Source: Desulfobacterales bacterium (GTDB taxonomy: Bacteria > Desulfobacterota > UBA8473). Taken from it: DNA of 64,000 bases. A program made the translations under genes and the position numbers. Position 1 is the stretch's first letter; every line of letters begins with the position of its first letter. The notes under the pieces were generated by a model that saw only the letters and a program-made list of their open reading frames with translations, ran no database searches and was not told where the DNA came from. The stretch covers positions 24,511 to 88,510 of the forward strand of contig JACQWO010000092.1 of NCBI GenBank assembly GCA_016209225.1, given 5' to 3'. Of the stretch, positions 44,179 to 54,483 are shown in pieces.

Positions 44179-45867
44179 CTATAACCTTCCTGAACGAAGA
44201 ATATTAATAGCCAGCCATAAACCCAGAATCCCGGCGATTGAGTAGCCAAAGAAACCAAATACAGGAAAACCCAAGAAAAGTGGGCCCTTGTCGAGTTGCA
44301 TGATTAAAGAAGAACCTACGATCAGAGCTACTATAATCAGGCTGAAGGACAATCTATTGGTAGACTTATCCAACGTCGATATAAATTTCTCCATACCCTT
44401 ATGTTGAAACCCTATAGTTAATTGATCCTTTTTCATCTTCCCCAATAACTCTATAGTATCTTTAGGTAAGGTTACAAATAGTTCCTCATATTCATTCAAG
44501 GTCTTTGATAGACTTTTTATTAAATACTTGGGCGCCATTCTTTGCCTTATCATTTTCTTGATAAATGGCCTGGTATGCTCAATCATATCAAAATCTGGAT
44601 CCAATTCCCTCCCCACTCCTTCCATGAGCACCAAAGCCTTGGCCAATAGTGTTAAATTAGGAGGAATTCTTATCCGGTGCCGGTGAATAATCTCAAAGAG
44701 ATCATTGACGATTATACCGATATCCAATCGTTTAAGGGGGATTCGATAATACCTCTCTGTAAACTCCAGAAGGTCTGTTCGCAACTCTCTCAGGTCTATT
44801 TTTACATCTATTACGCCGACCTTTATAAAAACCTTAACTATACCTTCAATGTCTTTCCTTATGATGGAAATTATTAATCGGGTCATCTGATCTCTGGTTT
44901 GGTCATCAACCCGCCCGACTATCCCGTAATCCAAAAGACAAATTGTATTATCCTTTAAAACAAATATATTGCCCGGATGTGGGTCTCCATGAAATAATCC
45001 GTGTATTAAGACCTGTTTTAAAAAGATATCAGCCCCTCGCTTGGCAATGATTTTTCTGGCCAGTCCTGCTTCTTCCAGCCTTCCGAGTTCTGATACCTTT
45101 ATCCCATCAATGTATTCCATGGTCAAAACTTTCTTGCGGGTCAAATCCCAGTATACCTTCGGAACATAGAAGACCTCGTCATCCGGAAAATTTATAGCAA
45201 ACCTTTCCATATTGTGGCCTTCTCTGGTAAAATCCATCTCTTTGTATAGCGTTCCGGCAAATTCTTTTACCACTCCTACTGGATCATAGAGCTCGGCTTC
45301 AGCGATATGTTTTTCTGCGAGAGTGGCCAGTCCAATCAATATATCGATATCTGCGTTAACAATTTTCTCCAATCCCGGGCGTTGGATTTTAACTACCACC
45401 TTGTCACCGTTTTTCAGCCTGGCGGTGTGTGCCTGACCTATGGAAGCTGCGGCAATGGGTTTTTCGTCGAACTCAAGAAATATATCCTCCATTGGAGAAT
45501 TCAGTTCAGATTCTATTTGTGCCTTAACCTCATCAAATCCGAAAGAGGGCACCTCGTCCTGGAGTTTTTTCAGTTCTTTAACATATTCCGGGGGTATTAG
45601 ATCCGGTCTGGTGCTTAAGAATTGTCCTACCTTGATGAAGGTAGGACCTAATTCTTCTAATAGCAGGACTAATCTTTTTGCCCTGGTCAGTTTTACTATT
45701 TCATGCTTTCTCCGTTTAAAGGTAATTATCCTCCTGCCTGCTTCAACATAAGTACCCAAATTCAGTTGTTCTACAACATCACCAAGACCGTATTTAATCA
45801 ATACGCTTATAATCTGTCGGTATCTCTTTATGTTGCGATAGGTTTGAGGCACCCTCCTCATTCGCAT
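44179..45867 (-). CDS. ubiB: UbiB/ABC1-family atypical kinase
   Basis: 562 aa; FDEKPIAAASIGQAHTARL, HGDPHPGN, C-terminal TM helices. Confidence 0.85.
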   Translation of the reverse strand: MRMRRVPQTYRNIKRYRQIISVLIKYGLGDVVEQLNLGTYVEAGRRIITFKRRKHEIVKLTRAKRLVLLLEELGPTFIKVGQFLSTRPDLIPPEYVKELKKLQDEVPSFGFDEVKAQIESELNSPMEDIFLEFDEKPIAAASIGQAHTARLKNGDKVVVKIQRPGLEKIVNADIDILIGLATLAEKHIAEAELYDPVGVVKEFAGTLYKEMDFTREGHNMERFAINFPDDEVFYVPKVYWDLTRKKVLTMEYIDGIKVSELGRLEEAGLARKIIAKRGADIFLKQVLIHGLFHGDPHPGNIFVLKDNTICLLDYGIVGRVDDQTRDQMTRLIISIIRKDIEGIVKVFIKVGVIDVKIDLRELRTDLLEFTERYYRIPLKRLDIGIIVNDLFEIIHRHRIRIPPNLTLLAKALVLMEGVGRELDPDFDMIEHTRPFIKKMIRQRMAPKYLIKSLSKTLNEYEELFVTLPKDTIELLGKMKKDQLTIGFQHKGMEKFISTLDKSTNRLSFSLIIVALIVGSSLIMQLDKGPLFLGFPVFGFFGYSIAGILGLWLAINILRSGRL

Positions 45868-45875
45868 AACGACCC

Positions 45876-46181
45876 TTACTCTTTTATCTTTTCACTCAGT
45901 TTGTCAACCTTTTCACTCAGTTTATCAATCTCCTCCCTGGTAGCTAAGTTCGCCTTCTTCAACAACTTTGACACTTCTTTCGCGATCTTTTCTTCCAGCT
46001 CTTCTATATTCTTCTTTCCTTTGTCCACTATCTCCCTGAATAATTTTTTCCCTTCCTCTTCTGTCAACTCCCCTTTTTCTATCCATGTATCTACAACCTT
46101 CCTGACCTTTTCTTCAGCAAGGGAAGTAAAACCTATACCGGCAAGCAATGATTTCTTAATAAAATCTAACATTGTATTCAC
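45876..46181 (-). CDS. Phasin-family protein (PHA granule-associated-like coiled-coil protein)
   Basis: 101 aa; Lys/Glu-rich coiled coil next to ubiB. Confidence 0.4.
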   Translation of the reverse strand: MNTMLDFIKKSLLAGIGFTSLAEEKVRKVVDTWIEKGELTEEEGKKLFREIVDKGKKNIEELEEKIAKEVSKLLKKANLATREEIDKLSEKVDKLSEKIKE

Positions 46182-46342
46182 CCCCTTTCATTTAAATTGA
46201 TAAGAACTCTATTTCGAGTACCAAGAGTATGACCAAAATGACCTTATGTGTCAATTGAAAAAGCTTGACAAAGTTGGTGGATGAATCTGATCCTTTTACT
46301 TGAAAAATTACGGAAGATATTGATAGATAAGGGCTGAGAAAT

Positions 46343-46633
46343 CTAAATCACCCTCAGCACCGGCAATTCAAATACCTTGAATCCCGTACCGCCCGGTTTT
46401 TTCGATAATTTTTCCATTTCATTAAAGAGTTCATCTTCTACCTCATCTTCGACCACCACAGCGATAGCACGGTTAAAACCCGGCCAGACGGCATCATCAA
46501 GCTTTGGATCGGACTTTTTACCTCTGCCCAGCACACGATCCCATTTGGTGTATCCGGTTACACGGCAGGCTTTCAGGGTCGCAATTACATCTTCATCGAA
46601 GTCTGTATCGTATACCATAAGAAACATTTTCAT
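46343..46633 (-). CDS. PII-like small protein (DUF3240-like) at the end of the RND efflux operon
   Basis: 96 aa; beta-alpha-beta pattern with RVTGYT...GRGKK; 4-nt overlap with the RND permease gene. Confidence 0.4.
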   Translation of the reverse strand: MKMFLMVYDTDFDEDVIATLKACRVTGYTKWDRVLGRGKKSDPKLDDAVWPGFNRAIAVVVEDEVEDELFNEMEKLSKKPGGTGFKVFELPVLRVI

Positions 46634-49600
46634 GGTTTGCCTCCATATCCTTCCTTTCTCCTCTCAAACATATAATAAATAGTGGGAACAAGAATAAGGG
46701 TAACCAGAGCAGACACAGAAAGCCCACCAAGCATGGTTATCCCCAGGGGGTTCCATACCTCTGCACCCATACCGGTAGAGATCGCCATAGGAAACAATCC
46801 AAAAAAGATGGCCAGGGTAGTCATAAGGATGGGCCTCAGTCGATTCTTGCCGGCATGGGTAATCGCCTCAAACAGAGGTTCTCCCCTCTTCTGGAGGAGG
46901 TGGGTATAGTCCAGGAGGATGATGGCATTCTTTACCACAATCCCCATCAACATGACCAACCCCATAAACGATATGATCCCAAGGGTGGTATCAGTCAGGT
47001 AAAAGGCATAGAATACGCCGCTAAAAGCAAAAGGGACGGAGAACATGATGATAAAGGGATCCCTCAGGTTCCCATAAAGGGCAGCCATAACCATATAGAC
47101 CACGATAATCCCCAGGATAAGGAACATGGTGAGGTCGTGGAATGCCTTTCTCTGTTCTTCTATCTCCCCCCCTAAACTCACAGTAATACCCTTGGGTATT
47201 CCCATCTTTTTTAAGACTGACCTGATCTCTCCTGTCACCTCACCGAGGGATCGCTTATAGGTATCCGCTTCAACCTTGGTTATCCTCTGCCTGTTCTTCC
47301 TCTCGATCTCTATGGGACCTTCCCCCTCGATGATCCTTGCTATATTCTTTAGTTTTATCATCCTCCCGTCCGAGGTAAAGATGGGGACATCGGGAAGTGT
47401 CTTCAGCCTGTCTTTATCTTCCTTGCGAAGACGGGTAAAGACATCGTAACTATCCCCAGTGTCCCGAAACTGGGTTGCCTCTATGCCATAGAGGTAGTTT
47501 CGGAGCGTCCCGGCTATCATGGCAATATTCAGGCCCAGGGAAGATGCCTTTCTCCTGTCCACCTCCACCCACAGCTCAGGTCTGGGGTCTTTCTGACTGA
47601 TGGACAGATCTACCAGGCCCGGGATCCTTTTCATGGTCGCCTCAAGTCTTCTGGCAAATGCAAGACAGGAATTGATATCTGCCCCCTGAATCTCCACACT
47701 TACCGGTTTGCTGCCGCCCATCAGCATGGAAGCCGTAGGGTCTTCCGCTATAACCTTGAGCCTGGTTATCCCTGGTATCCTTTCTATCCTCTCCCTTAAA
47801 AGGTTGGCTATCTCCATGGCACTCCGCTCCCTCTTGTCAGTGTCCACCAGCTTAAACCCTATCTCCCCTACATTCGGCCCCTCATCGAAACCGAGGGCTA
47901 CACCAAACCCCTCTTCGCTCTGGCCGTTAAAGGCATAGGAGTGCTTGAACTCCTCAGGCCTCACAACCTCATTCATAACCTTCAATATCCTTTCAACAAC
48001 CCGGTTTGTCTCCTCTATCCGCGTTCCTTCCGAAAGTCGAAAACTGACATTTACAACACCAACGTCCACCCTGGGCATAAATGATGTGGAAAGAAAGGGG
48101 ATGAGGGAGATGCTGCTTAAAAATATGGCAATGGCGAGAATAATAACGGTCTTTCTATGTTCAAGCGACCATTCAAGAAGGCGGCTGTATCCATCTTCCA
48201 CTACCTCAAACCACCTCTCTGAGACCCTGAATAATCTATCAGCAAGACCCCTCGCCTCTCCATCTCTGTCTCTCTCAGGAGGAGTAACCCACCTGGAGGC
48301 CAGCATCGGGGTCATGGAGAGGGCAGTAAAGAGAGATGCCAGAATCGTTACCACGATAACAAATGCGAGCTGTTTGAAAATAACGCCGGTAAGTCCGGCA
48401 ACAAACATCAGGGGCAGGAAGACCACCACAATGGTCAGAGTAGAGGCAGTAACCGCCATTCCTATCTCGCTGGTACCAGAGATGGCGCTGGTCTTTGGCC
48501 TCCCTCCTCGTTCAATATGCCGGACGATATTATCCAGCACCACAATACCATCATCTACTACCATCCCCACGGCAATGGTTAAGGACATCAGAGAGACGAG
48601 GTTAATGGTGTATCCGAAAAGGTAAAGAAGGACAAATGAGGCAATAAGGGAAAAGGGGATGGTAAGGGATATAATAGCTGCTGTTCGAAATCTCCTCAGG
48701 AATACCAGCGTAACCAGTATTACAAAGAAGATCGCCTCGAATAACGTATCTCGAAGGTTTTTTATGGAGATGCGGATATTTTCTGAGTTGTCCATTACGA
48801 TATTTATCCTGACATCGGATGGAAGGGTCTTTCTGATATCCTCCAATCTCTTATTTACGCTGTTGATCACGGCGACTGTATTCTTACCTGTCTGCTTCTG
48901 TAAGATAAGCACCATGGCCTTCTTCCCGTCTCCCCAGCCGTTTATGTCCTCAGGTTTATAGGCATCCGATACCTTGGCCACATCACGAAGGTAAACAGGG
49001 CGGTTTTGATAATACCCTATGACGGTATCCCTGATTTCCTCTACTGTTTTGTACCGAGCAGGGAGACGGACGAAATACTCCCTTACCCCTTCCTTGATAC
49101 TACCTGCGGGGATATTGAGGTTCTCCGCTGCAAGTGCCTGATTGATCTGCCCCAACGGGATATGAAACCCCTCTACTTCCTTCAAGTCGAAGTAGACGTT
49201 GATACGTCGTCTCAACCCACCGTAGATTACGACCGCCCCCACCCCGGGAACCCTCTTCAATTCGTCGGATATCTGCTTGTCCGCCAGATGATACAGCCTG
49301 GGCCAGCTCTTCTCCCCGCTAATGGTCATAACCATGATGGGGGCGGTAGCGCTGCTGAACTTGAAAAGCATGGACGGCTCTATATCCTTCGGCAGCTCTC
49401 TTTTTGCCAGTTCAAGCCTGTCCTTTATGTCATTGGTTGCCGCATCCAGGTTGGTACCCCAGTCAAATTTACACACGACTATAGAGAGGTTATCCATTGA
49501 CTTTGAGGTAAGGGTATCCAGGTTGTTTACCCCATTTACCTGATTCTCGATGTCCTGTGTTACTTCTGTCTCAACGTCTGAGGCGGAAGCCCCTGGCCAG

Positions 49601-49749
49601 GCAGTGAGGATAGAGACCACAGGGGGCTCTATATCCGGAAACATATCGATATTCAGTTTTGTAAGAGACACCATCCCTATGAGGATGATCGCAAAGAAGA
49701 GCATCAGGGTGGCTACAGGTTGTTTTACGGAAAACTCTGGAAGCCTCAT
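46630..49749 (-). CDS. Efflux RND permease, HAE1/AcrB family
   Basis: 1039 aa; 12-TM plus two large periplasmic loops; ATGA overlap with the adaptor gene. Confidence 0.9.
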   Translation of the reverse strand: MRLPEFSVKQPVATLMLFFAIILIGMVSLTKLNIDMFPDIEPPVVSILTAWPGASASDVETEVTQDIENQVNGVNNLDTLTSKSMDNLSIVVCKFDWGTNLDAATNDIKDRLELAKRELPKDIEPSMLFKFSSATAPIMVMTISGEKSWPRLYHLADKQISDELKRVPGVGAVVIYGGLRRRINVYFDLKEVEGFHIPLGQINQALAAENLNIPAGSIKEGVREYFVRLPARYKTVEEIRDTVIGYYQNRPVYLRDVAKVSDAYKPEDINGWGDGKKAMVLILQKQTGKNTVAVINSVNKRLEDIRKTLPSDVRINIVMDNSENIRISIKNLRDTLFEAIFFVILVTLVFLRRFRTAAIISLTIPFSLIASFVLLYLFGYTINLVSLMSLTIAVGMVVDDGIVVLDNIVRHIERGGRPKTSAISGTSEIGMAVTASTLTIVVVFLPLMFVAGLTGVIFKQLAFVIVVTILASLFTALSMTPMLASRWVTPPERDRDGEARGLADRLFRVSERWFEVVEDGYSRLLEWSLEHRKTVIILAIAIFLSSISLIPFLSTSFMPRVDVGVVNVSFRLSEGTRIEETNRVVERILKVMNEVVRPEEFKHSYAFNGQSEEGFGVALGFDEGPNVGEIGFKLVDTDKRERSAMEIANLLRERIERIPGITRLKVIAEDPTASMLMGGSKPVSVEIQGADINSCLAFARRLEATMKRIPGLVDLSISQKDPRPELWVEVDRRKASSLGLNIAMIAGTLRNYLYGIEATQFRDTGDSYDVFTRLRKEDKDRLKTLPDVPIFTSDGRMIKLKNIARIIEGEGPIEIERKNRQRITKVEADTYKRSLGEVTGEIRSVLKKMGIPKGITVSLGGEIEEQRKAFHDLTMFLILGIIVVYMVMAALYGNLRDPFIIMFSVPFAFSGVFYAFYLTDTTLGIISFMGLVMLMGIVVKNAIILLDYTHLLQKRGEPLFEAITHAGKNRLRPILMTTLAIFFGLFPMAISTGMGAEVWNPLGITMLGGLSVSALVTLILVPTIYYMFERRKEGYGGKP

Positions 49750-50945
49750 CTTTCCACCCCCTGATCCCTGATCCCTGATCCCTGATCTTCGATGATGACA
49801 GGACTACCGTCCTTTAGTCTTTCCTGACCCTTTACTACCAGCTTTTCACCTGCCTTCAATCCATCGGTTATTTCAATGTCATTCCCCTGGTCAAGGCCGG
49901 TCTTAACATTCTTTAAGACTGCCCTGCCATCCTCCACTACATAGACATAGTAACTCCCTGTTCCCGGAAGCTTATTCAGGGCATCCCTGGCAACTACCAG
50001 GGCGCTCTTTTGTCCTAGATAAAGCCTGACATGGGCAAACATCCCGGATATGAGACTCAGGTTCTTATTTGAGATGTGGATCTCTATCTCTCCGGTTCGG
50101 GTAGCAGGATCAATAGTCGGGTTTATTACTGATACCGTCCCTGTAAAGACCCTGTCCGGAAAGGCATCGACCTCGATCTCAACCTTCATCCCCTTCTTGA
50201 TAGCAGAAAAATCCTTCTCAGTGACCGTGGTTACAATCTTTAACTCCTCGTCATTTGAAATACGAACAATGGGTTGCTGCATACCCGACATGGCTCCTCT
50301 GTCTACATACCGGGCAGAGACATAACCGCTGACGGGGGCATAGATACTGTGATCATTATAGAGGATTTCAAGCTGTTTTAGGGAAGCCCTGGCTCTCTTT
50401 ATCTGGGCTCCAGCAAGGTCTTTTGCCTCTGCTGTAGCCTTGTACTCAGCCTGTATATGGTCAAGTCTCTGTTTTGCCACGGCCTTTTCTTTATAAAGGC
50501 TTTCCAGACGCAGGCGGTCTTTTTCTATTACCTCCAGATTTGCCTCGACCTGTTTCAGGTTAGCCCCTGCTGACTCAAGGACAGCCTTCGCCTCTTCTAT
50601 CTGTGCCCTTATAGTATCGTCTTCCAGGGTAGCGATAAGTCCCCCCTTTCTTATATAATCCCCTCTTTCGACCAAAAGCCTCTCAATAATCTTGCCAGGC
50701 ACCTTGGGATAAACAGCAACCTCAACCTTTGGTCTGATATCGCCTGTCTGTTCCAATATCCACTTGAGGTCCGCAAACCTCGATTCCATAACCTGCACTG
50801 GTACCCTTTCCTCTTTTCTTACCTCTATCTCTTTCTGAACCCTGAATTTGAGATAGTTAAAGACTGTAATCCCCCCGAGAATCAGGATGACTATAGTAGC
50901 AATAACAACCCCTTTTTTCCCCTTTTTAACCGTTTTCTCCTCCAT
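49746..50945 (-). CDS. Efflux RND periplasmic adaptor subunit (HlyD/AcrA family)
   Basis: 399 aa; N-terminal TM anchor, coiled-coil hairpin, beta-barrel. Confidence 0.85.
   Translation of the reverse strand: MEEKTVKKGKKGVVIATIVILILGGITVFNYLKFRVQKEIEVRKEERVPVQVMESRFADLKWILEQTGDIRPKVEVAVYPKVPGKIIERLLVERGDYIRKGGLIATLEDDTIRAQIEEAKAVLESAGANLKQVEANLEVIEKDRLRLESLYKEKAVAKQRLDHIQAEYKATAEAKDLAGAQIKRARASLKQLEILYNDHSIYAPVSGYVSARYVDRGAMSGMQQPIVRISNDEELKIVTTVTEKDFSAIKKGMKVEIEVDAFPDRVFTGTVSVINPTIDPATRTGEIEIHISNKNLSLISGMFAHVRLYLGQKSALVVARDALNKLPGTGSYYVYVVEDGRAVLKNVKTGLDQGNDIEITDGLKAGEKLVVKGQERLKDGSPVIIEDQGSGIRDQGVER
49761..49787. repeat. Tandem heptamer (CCCTGAT)x4 inside the 3' end of the adaptor gene, encoding DQGSGIRDQG
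   Basis: ctgatccctgatccctgatccctgatc; shares the GGGATCAG core with the 26-nt repeat. Confidence 0.6.
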
Positions 50946-51025
50946 AGTTCATATCCTCTCCTTTTGAGTCCATTTGTTTTATCTCTTGTTATTATCTTGT
51001 AACAGGTGTCAGGGTTAAGGAAAAA

Positions 51026-51051
51026 CTGATCCCTGACCTCTGTGAGCTGTT
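51026..51051. repeat. 26-nt repeat CTGATCCCTGACCTCTGTGAGCTGTT (copy 1) forming a nested hairpin immediately 3' of the tolC stop codon
   Basis: As mRNA: UAA-UGUAACAG...GUCAGGG-(16 nt)-CCCUGAC..CUGUUACA. Confidence 0.55.
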
Positions 51052-51054
51052 ACA

Positions 51055-52374
51055 TTATCTTCTTCCTATTGCTCTCTCCAGTTCGGCCATGGACATCATG
51101 TAACCATAAAGGGCGCTATAGTAGTTTGTCTCCGCCTGTGTAAGGAACGTCCTGGCATCCAGCACCTCAGTTGAGGTTGTTATCTGCTGCTGGTATTGGA
51201 GGTTCGTAATCCTTAAGTTCTCCTTAGCGTGGGTAAGGGATTCTTTCGCAGTTTGAATATTCTTCCTGGCCACCTCGAGATTTACAAAGGCGCTCTTCAC
51301 CTCAAGCCTTATGCTATCCTCAATACCTTCAACCTTTTCCTTAAGGGATAATTTATTATGGTAGAACCTTTGAATATCTACCCTATTCTTACCCCACTCA
51401 AAGAATGTCCATTTTCCCTGGAGGGTGATATATGCATTGTGGTCATTTCCGTAATCGTTATTGGTAGCGCCCGGATTGTCTCCATTCTGTTCGTAGCCTG
51501 CAACCAGAGCCACCTGGGGATAATATGAGCTTCTGGCAAGCTGGATAGCATAATCTGAATTTTTCAATGCGAGGCGTAACATCCTCAATTCGGGTCTGTT
51601 CTCTATTGCCTCTTCAATGAGGGAATTGAATTCAAAGGAATGTGGTTTTGCCTCAGGCACATCCTCAACATCTGTTTTTCTGTTCATATCCATCCTTAGG
51701 AGCGTATTGAAGGAAGATATAGCCATATCTACATTGCTTTCAGCCTTTACCCTGTTCTGTACGGCATCGGCCAGGGCAACCTTTGACTTCAACAGGTCAT
51801 TGTAAGGTATCATGCCATGGTCATAGAATTTCTCTGCATCCTTTACATGGGACCCAAGCTGATTAACAGCCTCATCGGCCACCATAAGGAATTTCTTTGC
51901 TAAGAGTATATTAAAGTAAGCAACCTTGACCTGTTTGCTCACATCCAAAATGGCCTGCTCTTTCTCCACACCCTTTATCTCTATTCCAAGCCTGGCCATC
52001 CTGTGTTTGGTTGACAGGGCAAAACCGGTAAAGACAGGCTGACTCAAAGTCAGGTCCCAGTGGTAGTTGTCCTCTGGTCCCATATTGATCTTTGCAGCAC
52101 CCAGTATGGCATAGGGGTTATCCTTTAACCTGGAGTAGGAATATGATGCAGATGCCTTCGGCAGGAATTCCTTTTTCACTGATTTTTCTTCTTCTATAGC
52201 AGCTTTTTGATTCTCTATTGCCTCCTTTATAAGGGTGTTGCTGGCTGTGGCCATCTGAACGGCTTCCTTCAAAGAAAAAGTCTTGTCATTCCCATCACCA
52301 GCAAAGGCAATGCCTGGTTGGAAGAACTGGACTGTCAAGACCATTATCATCATCGCTGTAAATGAGCTATGCAT
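51055..52374 (-). CDS. TolC-family outer-membrane efflux protein
   Basis: 439 aa; signal peptide and duplicated OEP repeats. Confidence 0.85.
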   Translation of the reverse strand: MHSSFTAMMIMVLTVQFFQPGIAFAGDGNDKTFSLKEAVQMATASNTLIKEAIENQKAAIEEEKSVKKEFLPKASASYSYSRLKDNPYAILGAAKINMGPEDNYHWDLTLSQPVFTGFALSTKHRMARLGIEIKGVEKEQAILDVSKQVKVAYFNILLAKKFLMVADEAVNQLGSHVKDAEKFYDHGMIPYNDLLKSKVALADAVQNRVKAESNVDMAISSFNTLLRMDMNRKTDVEDVPEAKPHSFEFNSLIEEAIENRPELRMLRLALKNSDYAIQLARSSYYPQVALVAGYEQNGDNPGATNNDYGNDHNAYITLQGKWTFFEWGKNRVDIQRFYHNKLSLKEKVEGIEDSIRLEVKSAFVNLEVARKNIQTAKESLTHAKENLRITNLQYQQQITTSTEVLDARTFLTQAETNYYSALYGYMMSMAELERAIGRR

Positions 52375-52542
52375 CCCTCTTTCTCCTTTTTTATAGTAGC
52401 GGTTATCGACAGGCTGTTTGAAAAACTTACCCTTTCAAGATTCCGTAAAAACCGTCGTTTTACCAAATCGCCGTTCAGTCACACTGGCTGTAACAGTTTA
52501 AGGGGTTCGGTTGACAGGGTTCAGAAAAATAACACCTAACTG

Positions 52543-52568
52543 CTGATCCCTGACCTCTGTGAACTGTT
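52543..52568. repeat. 26-nt repeat copy 2 (CTGATCCCTGACCTCTGTGAACTGTT) immediately 3' of the fabF stop codon
   Basis: 25/26 identical to the 51026 copy; flanked by a longer AACAGTT/AACTGTT inverted repeat. Confidence 0.55.
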
Positions 52569-52572
52569 GCGT

Positions 52573-53814
52573 TCACTCCTTAAAGACTTTAAAAACCAGA
52601 CATCCGTTTACCCCTCCAAAACCGAAGGAATTGGAAAGGGCATGGTTAATCTTCTTATTCCGTGCCTTATTGGGAACATAGTCCAAGTCACATTCCGGAT
52701 CTGGATTTTCATAATTTATGGTGGGAGGAATCACACCATGATAAATAGACAGAACTGTAAAAAGTGCCTCTATTCCGCCACTTGCGCCCATCAGGTGACC
52801 TATCATAGATTTGTTGGAACTGATGGCCAGATTATAGGCATGTTCTTTAAATAGCGCCTTGATAGCCATAGTTTCAATCCGATCATTTGCCCTGGTAGAG
52901 GTGCCATGGGCATTTATATAGTCCACGTCAGACGGGATGATACCTGCATCTTCAAGGGCATTCTTCATACACCAAACCGCACCTTCAGCGTCAGGAGACG
53001 GGGCCAGGATATGGAAAGCATCCATAGAACGACCATACCCTATTATTTCCGCATAGATACGAGCGTTTCTATTTATGGCACGGCTCAATTCTTCTAGTAC
53101 AAGGATTGCAGCTCCTTCACTCATTACAAATCCATCTCTGTCGAGGTCAAAAGGTCTACTTGCCATAGAAGGTTCACCGTTTCTCCTCGAAAGGATATTT
53201 GCTTTGCACAATCCCCCCAACATCACTGGGGTTGTTAAACACTCTGTCCCACCGGCAAACACTAAATCTGCCCCACCCTCTTGTATTACCCGGAAGGCAT
53301 CTCCAATTGAAACCGTAGATGCAGCACAGCCATCTGATGAAGAGGAAAAAGGACCTTTAGCCTGCAAATAGATGGATACCTGAGCCGAAGCCATGCCCGG
53401 CAAACCTGAAGGAATAAATACCGGGGATATCCTCCCATAACCATTGTTCCTCAAGATATCGATATTCTTTTCCAACACGGACAATCCACCCCATACAGTG
53501 CCAATGTACACCCCTACACGGTGGGGATTGAGTTCGCTCAAGGTAAGTTGGGCATCTTGGAGAGCCATCAGGCTCGCTGCAACGGCATATTGAATAAAGA
53601 CATCCATCCGTTTTATCGTTTTCCCATCCATATAGTCAAAGGGGTCAAAATCATCTACTTCTCCCGCAATCTGGGCAGGAAAGGGAGACGGATCAAAATG
53701 GGTAATCCTGGAAATACCCGATTCTCCTCTAATTAAACGCTCCCAGTTCTTTTGGAGCCCAATGCCCAGGGGGCTGATGACTCCCAAACCGGTAACCACA
53801 ACTCTACGTTTCAC
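52573..53814 (-). CDS. fabF: Beta-ketoacyl-ACP synthase II
   Basis: 413 aa; KRRVVVTGLGVISPLG, active-site Cys in SSSDGCAAS, and His/His catalytic region. Confidence 0.9.
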   Translation of the reverse strand: MKRRVVVTGLGVISPLGIGLQKNWERLIRGESGISRITHFDPSPFPAQIAGEVDDFDPFDYMDGKTIKRMDVFIQYAVAASLMALQDAQLTLSELNPHRVGVYIGTVWGGLSVLEKNIDILRNNGYGRISPVFIPSGLPGMASAQVSIYLQAKGPFSSSSDGCAASTVSIGDAFRVIQEGGADLVFAGGTECLTTPVMLGGLCKANILSRRNGEPSMASRPFDLDRDGFVMSEGAAILVLEELSRAINRNARIYAEIIGYGRSMDAFHILAPSPDAEGAVWCMKNALEDAGIIPSDVDYINAHGTSTRANDRIETMAIKALFKEHAYNLAISSNKSMIGHLMGASGGIEALFTVLSIYHGVIPPTINYENPDPECDLDYVPNKARNKKINHALSNSFGFGGVNGCLVFKVFKE

Positions 53815-53838
53815 TCCAATCTACCTCCTCAATAGAAC

Positions 53839-54426
53839 TTAACCCTCTACTTTCTCAACGAGTATCCCGTTAAAAAGGACAGCTATCAGCTTATCAAGAT
53901 AGTGCTCGATTCGTTCGCTACTCTCTTCCACCAGCCAGGTGAGTTCAAACCCCCTGAGGGCATAGGCAATTGCCCTGGCCGTGAGCAGAATATCGGTAGT
54001 TCGAAAAATCCCTTCTTTTACACCCAGTTCAAAGATGGAAGAGATAATGCCTACCTCTCTTTCAAACAGGTCGTTGCGAATCCTATCGGTCTTTGGCGGC
54101 ACGCTGTCAGTGCGTTCCCGGCCAAGGTTAATAATATTAACGGCTTCCTTCATACAGCGAAATTTCGTAGATACAAAAGTTCTGAGTTTTTCGATGGGGG
54201 ATCTCACCCTTTCAATAGCGGCTTCTATCTTTTTAAGAATATCATCGGCTTCGCGTTGAAGTACCTCCAGATAGACCTGATCTTTACTTCCGAAATAATT
54301 GTATATGGTTGCCTTGGCAACCCTGGCCAGGCTGGCGATTTCACCCAGGTTTGTCTTCTGGATACCGTACCGTCCAAACATCTTCCTGGCCGTGTCCAAT
54401 ATAGATTCCAGCTTTTCTTGCTTCAT
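53839..54426 (-). CDS. TetR/AcrR-family transcriptional regulator
   Basis: 195 aa; N-terminal HTH TNLGEIASLARVAKATIYNYFGSK. Confidence 0.85.
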   Translation of the reverse strand: MKQEKLESILDTARKMFGRYGIQKTNLGEIASLARVAKATIYNYFGSKDQVYLEVLQREADDILKKIEAAIERVRSPIEKLRTFVSTKFRCMKEAVNIINLGRERTDSVPPKTDRIRNDLFEREVGIISSIFELGVKEGIFRTTDILLTARAIAYALRGFELTWLVEESSERIEHYLDKLIAVLFNGILVEKVEG

Positions 54427-54452
54427 CTCTAGCCTCCTATCCCTATTAGTAC

Positions 54453-54483
54453 TTTTAGACTCAAATGGTTTTTAAGTCTAAAA
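54453..54483. promoter_or_regulatory. Candidate TetR operator: perfect 9-bp inverted repeat TTTTAGACT-N13-AGTCTAAAA between the predicted -10 and the tetR start
   Basis: Adjacent predicted promoter TTGACA-17-TATATT on the minus strand at 54484-54512. Confidence 0.45.
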
